Made by a program: the position numbers and the translations under genes | Part shown: piece after piece, positions 13,001-24,500 of the stretch | How the letters are laid out: the number at the start of each line of letters is the position of its first letter | Numbering within the stretch: position 1 is the stretch's first letter | NCBI RefSeq assembly: GCF_036588685.1 | Contig: NC_086375.1 | Span: 47,492,001-47,556,000, forward strand | Source of the DNA: Mytilus trossulus | Lineage: Eukaryota | DNA length: 64,000 nt | Direction of reading: 5' to 3' | Notes under the pieces: model-generated | The model's input: only the letters and a program-made list of their open reading frames with translations | Told to the model about the DNA's origin: nothing | Databases searched by the model: none

Positions 13001-16000
13001 ATTAAAAAGCATGATTAGCTCAATGGGTTTTTTATAATCATGTTTTGATTTTAACCTAAATTGCCTGATTCTTACAAAGACTGGCACTTAAGTCTGAAGA
13101 TCATTAGTTAATTAAGATTATATATTTCTAAAACTATCAAATCATACTTTTTTGGCATCAACATGATCAATATAATATAAAGCAAATGTTACCTAAAATA
13201 TTAACTTACTAATAGCAGGCTCAGTTGCCTTCTTTTGGGGGCCAACACATCAGATGAATTACAGAATGGGCCAAGGAACACTTTACTGAACTCATCTAGT
13301 TCCATGGCCTGTACATCTTTTCCTGATTTTATGTCAAGAGAAATCTAAAATGTATGACTTTAATTTTAGTAATTAGTACCAGTAATTAAGAATAAGACAA
13401 GTGTAACTCAATGTATTTGAAAAATTTAATATGTCCATTAATTTTTAGATAAATGCAAATCAGTCCTATTTAAACTGAGTTTTACTGTGTATATTGCTGT
13501 CACATGTTTCTTTATTTTACATTGTCATTGGCTGGAAGTATAGGGGAGGTTAAGTTCTCACAAAATATGTTTAACCACACAGCATATAATTTGCACCTGT
13601 TATTTGTCAGGAGCCTCTAGCCTTTGTTAGTCTTGTATGTTTCTGAAGCATTAGTGTAATCAATCCCGTTTCAAAATAACTAGACTAAGATCAATCATTC
13701 CTGGTATACAAGCTAGTGTAATCATTCTTGGTTTAAAAAGACTATATATACTGTGAATATTACTCAGAAGAAAACACTATTTTACTTTCTCCTTTTCTAA
13801 GTTAAATCAACAATGCAAGTTTACCAAGAAATAATTGAATAATTAAAACTGGTCTTTGTTTGTGTGATTGACAATGAGACAATTTTCCATCAAAGTCATA
13901 ATGACAGGTTGGGAACAACCTCTTAATTTTATAAATATCCCTTTTAATGAGGGGTCAATATAACTTTATCATGTTTATAATATTTTTTGTTGTAAAAAAC
14001 ACTTTTTAGTACAATAAGGAGGACCACTAAATTTCCAGTTGCAGTAGGGTCTTAGACAATAAAAAATGGCTGGAAACGGAACAATTGTAAAAAATTCCAG
14101 TTTTGGGTTTTGGTGAATAATTTGGAGATGCTTAAACTTAGAATCCTTATCTTTTAGTACAATGTAGCTGCCAGCCATATATTGGTTTTGATGATTTTGG
14201 CAATGTATAGGTATTTCCCCTGTTATATTTCAGAGCACTCTAACTTAGGATTAATTGGTTTCACAGATACATGTATGTACAGTGTGGTGGGGTGCTAATA
14301 GGTTTAAAATCGTTATATACAGGTTTATAAATCTTACTTTTCTCCTTAATTGGTTTCTATAGTCTGTAAATTTGGCTGCAGACCACTGCACCACCATCTT
14401 AAAGGCATGACCTTGGCCTTTGAAACCTTCTTTATCAAGGTGTGATTTTACTTCATTCTAAAATAGATTGACAAGATAATATATTATATGAACGACTTTT
14501 AAATGTAAAAAAACAAAATACACATAATCCAAAACTCAAACCACAACTGTAAAGCATTGAAACTTAGTAAATTTACAAGCAATGACTATATGAGTTAACA
14601 AATGGTCAAGTTTGACATTTAAACCAGTCAAACTACGGTTTAACCTCAAACTAATTGCAACAGAAAATGTTTTAGTACTAATCTATAGCATAATGCCATA
14701 AATTAATAAACACAGAAAAAAAGTCCCATAAAATCTAACTGGAGGAAAACTCAAAATCAGCATTTTTATTTTCCTAGGGAAATTAAACACTGAAAGGGGA
14801 GATAACTCTGCAAAAAAATTTAGTCTTTCTTTTTTGTTCAGTTTTTGGGTTTTTTTTTGAAATTTGTGTAAAGTATGATACTGTGATGGGGTAATAAGTT
14901 AAATATATAATCTTCTGCTCATGAAATGTACAAAACCAAAGTATTATGGGTAGTTTTATTTTTTTTGGGCATGTTACATTGCAAATTTGAAGCTTTGTGT
15001 CCGTTTAAACTAGAGGCTCTCAAGAGCCTGTGTCGCTCACCTTGGTTTATGTGCATTTTAAACAATGTACACAGATAAATTCATAAGAAAATTGTCAGGA
15101 TAGCCTTGTGCAATGTAACCTTATTACACCAATCATTTACTCTACATCTTAGAACTTACTTTGAAAACTATGTCTGAAGTGGTATTCAACCATGGGTTGA
15201 CACTAAACTTCTCCCGAAGGTAAGTATTAAGTTTCTTCTGGAAATAAACAAAATTGATTTCATGATTTGATTAAGAACTTTTTTTATATTTGAAGGGAAC
15301 AAGAGGATAAAAGGTACCAAATAATAAGTATTAATTAACCCTCTCTTACATTAATTTTTTTTTCTCTGCAATCTTGATTCGCATAGGATTCTTGTAATAA
15401 AATGCTGAAAATATGCTTAAAAGTCAGTAATATAAGCAGCATATATGTAACTGTCTTTGGATATCTTTAAAAAAAAATTAGAATGGAAACAGTCTCAGGG
15501 AATGTGTTAGTGTCACTACATTGATGTGAATACCTCACTTGGCCTTTAATTGGGCCAAATAAGCTAAACAAAAATATACATGATATTCTGCAAAAATTAT
15601 TTTAGAACTGCATAAAACAAGAATGTGTCCATAGTACACGGATGTCCCACTTGCACTATCATTTTCTATGTTCAGTAGACCGTGAAATTGGGGTCAAAAC
15701 TTTAATTTTGAATTAAAATTAGAAAGATCATATCATAGGAAACATGTGTACTAAGTTTCAAGTTGATTGGACTTTAACTTCATCAAAAACTACCATGACC
15801 AAAAACTTTAACCTGAACTTCACACTATCATTTTCTATGTTCAGTGGACCATAAAATTGGGGTCAAAACTATTATTTGGCATAAAAATTAGAAAGATCAT
15901 ATCATGGGGAACATGTGTACTAAGTTTCAAGTTGATTGGACTTCAACTTCTTTAAAAACTACCTTGACCAAAAACTTTAACCTGAAGCGAAAGGACGAAC

Positions 16001-18125
16001 GGACGCACAGACGGACGAACCGAGGCACAGACCAGAAAACATAATGCCCCTCTACTATCATAGGTGGGGCATAAAAATACCTTGAATGAGCATTCCTCCA
16101 TTAGGAAGCTCTGTCCTTTCTGCTCTGACTGCCTCTTCAGGTACAGCACATCAGCTGATAGTTCTTGCAGAACCTTTTCCATTTTGACTAGCTTGTTCAC
16201 TTAAAAAAATTGTATTATGATAAATATTCTTAGCCAATTTAATTAATTTTTCTCATTACCTTTTGTTCCAATTGTAAAAATCAAGTAAAATTCTCAACAC
16301 TTTTTCAGTTATAATCATTCTTCATTAAACTTCATAGTTTTTCTCTTTAGACTATGATTCAGTCAACCTAAAAAAAATTATTCACATCTATATGTCCTTG
16401 ATTGACCTAAAACAGGCTAAAATTGTATAACAATAAATGATATGTCACTTAGAGTGAAAGTAATTTTATTGAGAAAATAATTGAAATTCCTCAAGTCCAA
16501 TTATTTTAATGGCAGGCTTCTATAAGAAATTTGGTTATTTGCTTAAAGTGTAATAAAACTAAATGAATAAAAACGCTATCTATCTGTCTCATCTAGTTTC
16601 GAGTGATTTAAACGACCCAGAGAAAATACCCAATTTTACTATCCATACTAAGAAAAAAATTCTTAGTATGGATAGTAAAATTGGGTATTTTCTCTGGCTC
16701 GTTTAAATCACTCGAAACTAGGTGAGACACGCACAGAAGTGATAGATATGTATTATAAATATAGAAAATTGAATATTTTTAATAAAAAAAAAAAAAAAAA
16801 TCTGTATCTTAGACCCAAGCGCATGTGATTAGAGAACCCATTATATATCAAGAACACATGTTCCTTGATTATAAGTTAATGGTTAAATTCTTTAACTTTT
16901 ATATAAACAGTAATCAAATGATATGTACCAATATGTAAAACCAACATTTTTTAAAGTTTTGCAGTCGTATAAAAACCATTGAACTGTTACAATTAATAAT
17001 TGAAACCTAGTTAGATTACTTTATTTATAGAGTATGCACTTACAAATTTCTTTGGATCCAGCACTAGCCCCTGCTGGGTTTTCTGGCGGTGCAAACAAAT
17101 CCTGGGAATGGTCTTGCTCATCTCCAGGTACAGCAACAGGCACATTTTCCTGTGAATCCTGTATAAAAAAAGTATACATGATAAGTTGATGGGATACTTT
17201 TAAAAATGTTAAAGGCACTAGTTCCTGTAAAAATGTACGCTATTGTTCAGAATTAAAAGCCCCCCCCCCCCCCCCCCACAAAGTGTTATAAGAGGGGTTG
17301 CGACATTGACTAACCTAAAAAGGGGATGGGTGTCCAGACCAGTCATACTTCAGTGATTCCCTATGTAATTAAACATTTTTTTTTAACATAAGAGGGATGC
17401 CCCTCCCCTGAAACCACCTTTGGCCCTTTGGATACTACGAAAAATGCTTTTAATTATGAGCATTTAATTGAACTGAAAGATGCTTTTATTAATGGGCATT
17501 AAATTGAACTAAAGGATGCAGGGTCATTCTATATGATGTGTTCATATTAATTCACACCTTTTGTTTAAACAGTTCAATCTGCTGTGCAATTTTTTTTTTA
17601 ATTCAGATGTGAATTTTAACAGAATAATATAAAATTAATATGATGTAATACATAAAAAGAAATCTCTTTTAAAAATTAAGATTTTATATGATTAAAGAAT
17701 TTTAATATCCAATCAAAGGTACATCCTACAATTAAAATTGTAAAAATGTAAGGTTTTCTGAAATAAATATTAATGTGTTAAGACAGGAGTCCATCAGGAC
17801 AAGTTAGATGATGGTAGTAATACTAATATATATATAGTGAAGAAGAAAAAAATCTTTGTAGATTTAAAGAAGATATTTATAATAATGTCTATATATCATG
17901 TTTATTAAACTTATCAAACTTTTTTCATCTGTGAATTATCTGACCAGTGTTAACTGGTATAGATCATAAAATATTTCAATATGTATCAGGAATCTACCAA
18001 ATTCTTAAAATGCAGCAAAATTCATTTCTTTTTGTACTCTAAAGCCGGCAATTTAAGGCGAACTGAAAAGTATCATTATTCCTTTACCCATATTATGATA
18101 ATATACCTACCTCTAACGCACTCAT
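10029..18125 (-). CDS. Transposon accessory protein (ORF2, TnpA-like role inferred), 7-8 exons, ~256-258 aa
   Basis: Exons 18111-18125 (MSALE), 17044-17158, 16081-16199, 15160-15237, 14338-14457, 13210-13344, then 10997-11185 (or 11011-11185 plus final exon 10029-10048). All GT-AG, phase-compatible and open. Low-complexity N-terminus, coiled-coil-like ILNKLVKMEKVLQELSADVLYLKRQ, then KFTDYRNQLRRKI and DFWGKF. First and last exons are least certain. Confidence 0.78.
11320..12000 (+). mobile_element. Non-autonomous repeat with internal ~500-bp-spaced direct repeat (Helentron/HINE-like, tentative)
   Basis: cccctatgttctattttt..ccatgg.ggcc.tcttggttggtt..tcagaggagaagatttt occurs at ~11330-11480 and ~11830-11985. 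A related inverted fragment lies at 61860-62140. Confidence 0.6.
12351..12620. repeat. Long hairpin (12351-12512) with adjacent partial duplication
   Basis: Arms catggaagccatagattattggaaatttacacatggcc / ggccatgtgtaaatttccaataatctatggcttccatg around a cgctaacgctc centre; partly repeated at 12516-12619. Confidence 0.8.
15615..16078 (+). mobile_element. HINE/DINE-1/pearl-like non-autonomous element
   Basis: Starts aacaagaatgtgtccatagtacac, has two ~178-bp tandem core repeats, a GACG-type microsatellite and a terminal atgcccc...ggggcat hairpin. Partial copies at ~10456-10550, 24285-24530, 27350-27440 and 32280-32545 (minus). Confidence 0.7.
16585..16729. repeat. Near-perfect inverted repeat, 70-bp arms and 5-nt loop
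   Basis: tgtctcatctagtttcgagtg...ctaagaa aaaaa ttcttag...cactcgaaactaggtgagaca, about 2 mismatches. Confidence 0.9.
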
Positions 18126-18570
18126 GCTCTTTTCCTTCAGTTTTTGTATGTTTGACTGATTTCACTGTGATGCGTATTCAAATAAATTTTGACAGAACTG
18201 TGTAACTTTGTAATAGTCGTCTGCTAAATGACGTCACATCGGAAGCGTCGGTAAGAGCGCAACAAAAGCTGAAGCGGAAACGTAAACGTGATGTTTCTAA
18301 AAATCTAAAGTCAATCGAAAGTATATAATTGTTGTGCAGTTATTTTAACGAAATAAAATAAATAAATATAGTAAACGATTTAGATACGTACAATGTTCTT
18401 ATTGTTGAAATAAAGAGGGATACTTCCGTGTAACCGTTTCCCGTTTTTAGTTTGACCCGTATGACAATCGGAATATTTTTGGGCTTGACTCAACTGAATT
18501 CAACAACCCTAGAGAGCTACCGAGTGAATCATTGTTTACTGCGTAACTATCAGTTGATTACTATGTCAGT
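18126..18570. promoter_or_regulatory. Putative bidirectional promoter of the transposon genes
   Basis: 445 bp between divergent start codons, locally CpG-richer. Perfect CRE TGACGTCA at 18229-18236. ETS-like CGGAAG at 18240-18245 and CTTCCG at ~18423. Confidence 0.6.
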
Positions 18571-21500
18571 ATGTACATCTGCGACTGCTGTAATTTTAAA
18601 ACAACGCGACTGTTTAATTATCAGAGACACCTGAGCAGAGCTACACACGAGCGGCAAGTGTTTTTAACTCAAGAGAACAATTACTCTTTCTCACCTGGAT
18701 CTATTGAACCCCCTTCGGATTTCGTGTCGACAGCCTTCTCCGGCAGTGAAGAAGACATATTTATACAAGTAAACCATGAAACACTAGATGAAAATGAAAA
18801 CAGAACTAGCGAGACAGATCAATCTGACAATGATTTCCAGGAAAACCACCAAACAGCAGATGAAAATGAAAACTGTAATACTAATAGTAATAACGAGACA
18901 GGCCCATCTGACAAAGCCCCAACATGGTATCCTTTTTTATCCAAAGCTGAAATGTTGCTGTACATCTTTATGAATTCTACAACACATCCAGTTGTAAGTT
19001 TGTCATTTTATGATTTTATTTAATATAAGAGGTTTAAAATGGTATTGGGTCTGTTCGCCCTAATTACAAAATGTACATGTACAATGTACATGTTCGCCCT
19101 GGGACCTGTTTACCCTCAGTTTGTTCGCCCATAGGCATGGAGTCAGTTCATCCTACAAAATGTACTTAAAAATATTTTAAAATATTCAGGGCAATGCAGT
19201 TTAAAAAAATTATTTAGATTATTATTTCTAGGGTATATTCTTGAAATTTATTGAAATTAACATTATGTGACTAGACAACAATTAGAAAAAAATAAAAATC
19301 AGGGAGAATGGACCCTCACAGTGCGAACAAGTATCAGGGCCAATATAGGTACAAGGGCGGACACGAAACAGGTCGAACAGTTTAAATTATGTTGTTGAAA
19401 AAATAATTGATCTTACTGTAAAGAGTTTGGAATTTAAATTTGTTCTCATACATATGTATCAATTAATTAAATGGATAAAATACAGGTAAGACATCAATAC
19501 AGTGGAATAAGGTTTTAAAGGACTTTGTTAATTATAAGTTGACATTTATTGTCAGACTACATTGTACATTTAATGTAAACAACCATTTTGTAAACATATG
19601 CAAAATTTGGATTTGACAAAAAATCAAGAATCAGAATACATATTTCCAACATGTCAAATTATTCTTTTTTAAGTATATAGGACAGGATCTTTATGTTTCA
19701 TATTTCTATTAAAAAAAAGAATACATCTTTTCATTATCAGTCAGTTCATACAGATTGGTAAAGTCTTTGATTAAAAAGCTGAAGGTTAAAAAATTTCTTC
19801 ACTAAATGTTATAATTTCCAGGTTTAATTCACATTTTATGACATTAAATTATAAAACTAAAGCATTTAGAGTAAAATCTGACATGGGATAATAATGCTCA
19901 TTTAATGTTATTATAGATAAAGAGAAATTGTGAACAGCATAAGATTTCAGCATAGTCAGATCTAATATATTAGTGAATATGACCATAATTGTCAATTGAC
20001 TCCTTAAGGAGTTATTTTCCTTCAATGACAATATAGCACATTGTGTTCAATCATATTTGCTTTATTTTACAAGGTTCCAAAATATTTGACATAAATTTAT
20101 ATAATAAGCATTGAAATTAATTAAACTGTAATTTCATTTTTCAGAGTGATGAAATAGTGAAGTATATCATTTTTATGATGGGAGAACTGAATGTGACAGA
20201 TGTCCCAACTCTGCAGAGTTTGAAAAATAAAAATATTGGAGACTTCAGCTGGAAAGATTTTGTGACAAAAGTGAGGGTTCTATTAATTATGATACATTGT
20301 ACATGATGAAAATTGGGTTATGTATTCAGAAAAAAAAAGTGAATTAAGAGCTCTTTGAAAGGAAGCATTAAATATAGAAAGAAAAGAAAAAGTTGCAACT
20401 ATAAAAACCATTTATCAAATCAATCCATGTGTTCGTAGATAGTAGATGTTGTTGTGTCCTGTTAAATTGTTATACGATGATGACTGATGTTCCCATATTT
20501 TGACTATTTTATTGATTGTGACTGTTTATTTAACGCATCATGTAAATGTAACGGAATTTGATGAGACTGTTATTAAAGTGAGAGGGTTAGCGCTATAGAA
20601 CCAGGTTTAATCCACCATTTTCTACATTTGAAAATGCCTGTACCAAGTCAGGTATATGACAGTTCTTGTCCATTCGTTTTTGATGCGTTTTGTTTTTTGA
20701 TTTTGCCATGTGATTATGGACTTTCCAAATTGATTTTCCTCTAAGTTCAGTATTTTTGTGATTTTACTTTTTATCATCCTCTATGTTAGTTTTGTTTGAA
20801 ATCTATACAGTATAAGAAAACAACAGTAAAATTAAGGACAACTATGATGTGTGATAAAAATGAACTGGAGCGTTTTTAATGACTAAAGCCCTTTGTTAAC
20901 CTTTATTAAAGTCTCAGTGTCAAGCAGTCTACATAAAGCTTGATTATACTAACATCATTATACTGCAATTTTGTTATACATGAAAGTCATTCATAACTTT
21001 TTTTACTCTGAAATTTGATTTTATACATTTTATACTTTACAATTTTTTGTAGTCTACAAGTGAAGATGGCATTCCTGTTTGGTCGATGAAACCATCACAG
21101 GTATTAAGGCTCAATATGGCACATCCTAAGATCTCAAAGTCACTCAAAAGGTATACGCAATCAATTCTTAGATAACTCTTTTATAAAGATTGATCTTGAT
21201 CACAGAAATTAACAACTACTGACAGCCTTCAACTATGAGCAATGTCAATACAGCATAGTTCATTATAAAAGGCCCAACAATTACAAATTTATGCGAAACA
21301 ATTCAAAGTAGAAAACTAGTGGCCTAATTTATTATAATGTACAAATAAAAGAATGAATAACAAGTATGTAACACAGCAACAAACGACAACCAAGGCTTCT
21401 GACTTGGGACAGACACATGCATACAAAATGTGGCGTGGTTAAACATGTTACCACATCTTTGTGTCACACACAGTCATGTAACAATTTTTTAGCTAGTTAA

Positions 21501-24500
21501 AACAAAATTATCCTATTCCTATAATAAGATCACCAAACTTAGATAAAAAGGTGAAATAGGAAACACCAATACAAGAAATCTGATAAAGCATTGAGCATAT
21601 GAAAAGATGATTCCAATTCAATGTTTTATACATGTTATGTTATATACATGTATATAATATTTTGTAGAAGTGCTGATGAAAATGAAGTTATAAGACATCC
21701 TGCCAATGGAAAAAAATGGATTGAAGATCTGAATTTTAACTGCCAAACCCAAGATGGACAATCTGTAATCACAATCCCTTTCAATATGTTTCTGGATGAT
21801 ACAGCCACTCATAAAAGTAGACGCTGGATGCCACTACATTGCATTCAGATGCAACTATCAGGTATTAATTTATTTAAGTATATTGATGCGTGTTCAAACA
21901 TATCAATTTAATATTGTGTCAATGACAGTTTCTGCATCAACAACAAAAATGCATATCATCCCTATGTTCTGTACTTTGCAAAGTTAATGTTTACCAATGG
22001 ATGGATCATAGACACCAGTTACAGATGGAATTACCGTAGTGCATGAGCTGAAAATCACATTGAAAATAAAAAGAACAGTTGCAATATTATAATGATATTA
22101 AAATAGGATTAAACACATTTTTAATAAAGGTTATGATGTGTTAACATGTTGTTAACAGGGGCAATTATACTCACAATCTGGATAAAAACCTAAAAGAAAT
22201 GAGTTTATCCCTTATAATTTTTCAGCCAAACATTTCCAATGTTTGAGAAACATTTTTTGTTTGATGGATACAATATTTACCATCAACAGATTCCCAAAAG
22301 CACAATGGCATGCCATAACTAAGGTTACAAAGCCATCTTGAATTTCTAAAAACCATAAATGTCTGACAAATGCAACAGAATCTAAAATGATATATCTTTT
22401 ATTTGAAATTTTTCCCTCCTGTATCATAATAATGTTAAATAATTCATTTTTTTATTAGGGATTCCAATAGATATGAGACAGAAACAAGAGACAATTCAGT
22501 TCTTGGGAGCAACAGAAAAAGCTGACATTATGGATGTTGCAAAGATAATAATAGATGATGTCAAGAGCAATAGGTACATGTATAGTACTTTAGTAAATAA
22601 ACAAATGTGAAGAAATAAAATGGCAACCGTTTGTAAGAGTATCTTAAAGGTATTTTACAAAACATTGGTATACCATTAATTTTATTTAAGGACATGACTT
22701 ATATTTTTTCTGTCATTTTTATAGACTTATATGTATAATATAAAAAAGAAGATGTGGTATGATTGCCAATGAGACATGTCACGGAATAGAAGTTCTGTCA
22801 TAACATAAGTACCAAAAGGAAAATATATTCTGGAATATTGTTTCCACAGGAATAAATATTACAGTATATGTTCCTAACGGAATAAATGGTATAGAATATT
22901 TGTTCCATCAGGAATACATGGAATAGATATTATGACAATGTTTATAACAAAGTTTCCATTGGAACTTCTGTTAGAGGAACAAATATACGTTGACAGACAA
23001 CTATCCACAAAAGACCAAAATGACACAAACATTAACAATTATAGGTCACCATACGGCCTTCAACAATGAAAAAAATATAAAAAAGAAGATGTGGTATGAT
23101 TGCCAATGAGACCACTATCCACAAAATACCAAAATGAGACAAAAATTAACAATTATAGGTCACCGTACGACCTTCAACAATGAGCAAAGCCCATACCGCA
23201 TATAGTCAGCTATAAAAGGCCCCGATAAGACAATGTTAAACAATTCAAGCGAGAAAACTAACAACCTTATTTATGTAAAAAAATGAACGAAAAACAAATA
23301 TGTAACATAAACAAACGACAAGTATGTCTGAGCCAGTGACAACTCTACAACAGATTTATCTGTTGGATCACCAGCAGTGATGGTGAGACATGGCTGTGTA
23401 CATTATGTATATATATACAACTCTTCTAAACATCAACCCAACAATGTTATATCTATAAATTTGCTTTTGCAAATTTTTGTTCTTCCCTTGCCTGGATTCG
23501 AACCCAATCCCAGCGAGGGAAGAATAAAAAATTTGCCAAAGCAAATTTACAGACATAACATTGTTGGGTTGATGTTTAGACAAGTAGTATATATACATAA
23601 TGTACACAGCCAATGGATCATATATAAATGAGCCAATACATATATTTTTATTGTCACTGTGTTGGAAAGATAAAGCAGATACAAAATATGAAGCCTGCTA
23701 CTTTTAACACGTTTCTAATTACTGTAATTTAGTATTTTAACAATTGATAATTAAGATATAATACACATCAAATTAATTGATTCACATTCCTCAGTTTTAA
23801 AATTTGTTTTAGAAATGGAATTGAGACCTTCGATGCAGCCAATAAGAAGAAATGTTTTGTGACAGGAGTAGTTGATTGTATCGTTGCTGATTTTAACATG
23901 ATGTCATATTGTTGTAATCATCTTGGAGCAACAGCTCAGAAGTACTGTCCAAAATGTTATGTATGTATAACTACACTTTGAAATGAATATTATTCTCAAA
24001 TGATTTAAATATTGAAAGAAATTAAAACTTTGACAAATGAACCAATGAACAATGACAATCAGGTCACCATCAATTGACCCCTGCAAGTTTGACATAAACA
24101 CCTAACAGATATTCCTTAAACCAAATATAGTTTTACATCCTTTAGTATTTGGAAAAAAAAACAAATCACAAAATAATGACATTGAACAATAAACAATGAA
24201 AATAAGGTCAAGGTCAGAGTAAACCTGCCAGACAAATATATACAACTTACAATCATTCCATAAATCAAATATTGTTTTACTATCCCAATATTGGGTTAAA
24301 AACTCTATTTGGTATAAAAATTAGTAAGATCATATCAAATAGAACATGTGTACTGAGTTTCCTGTTGATAGGACTTGAACTTCATCAAAAACTACCTTGA
24401 CCGAAAACTGTAACCTGCCATTGGAATTACAAACAAATGAACTAACGAATGAAAAATGGATGGACTTACAAATGGGCGCATAGACCAGAATACATAATGC

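Noticed and set aside
17260-17277. Poly-C tract, and G-rich patches at ~24900-25020 and ~26390-26530
   Set aside because: They appear to be parts of small degenerate GC-rich MITE-like repeats. No TSD could be confirmed and no independent function is supported.
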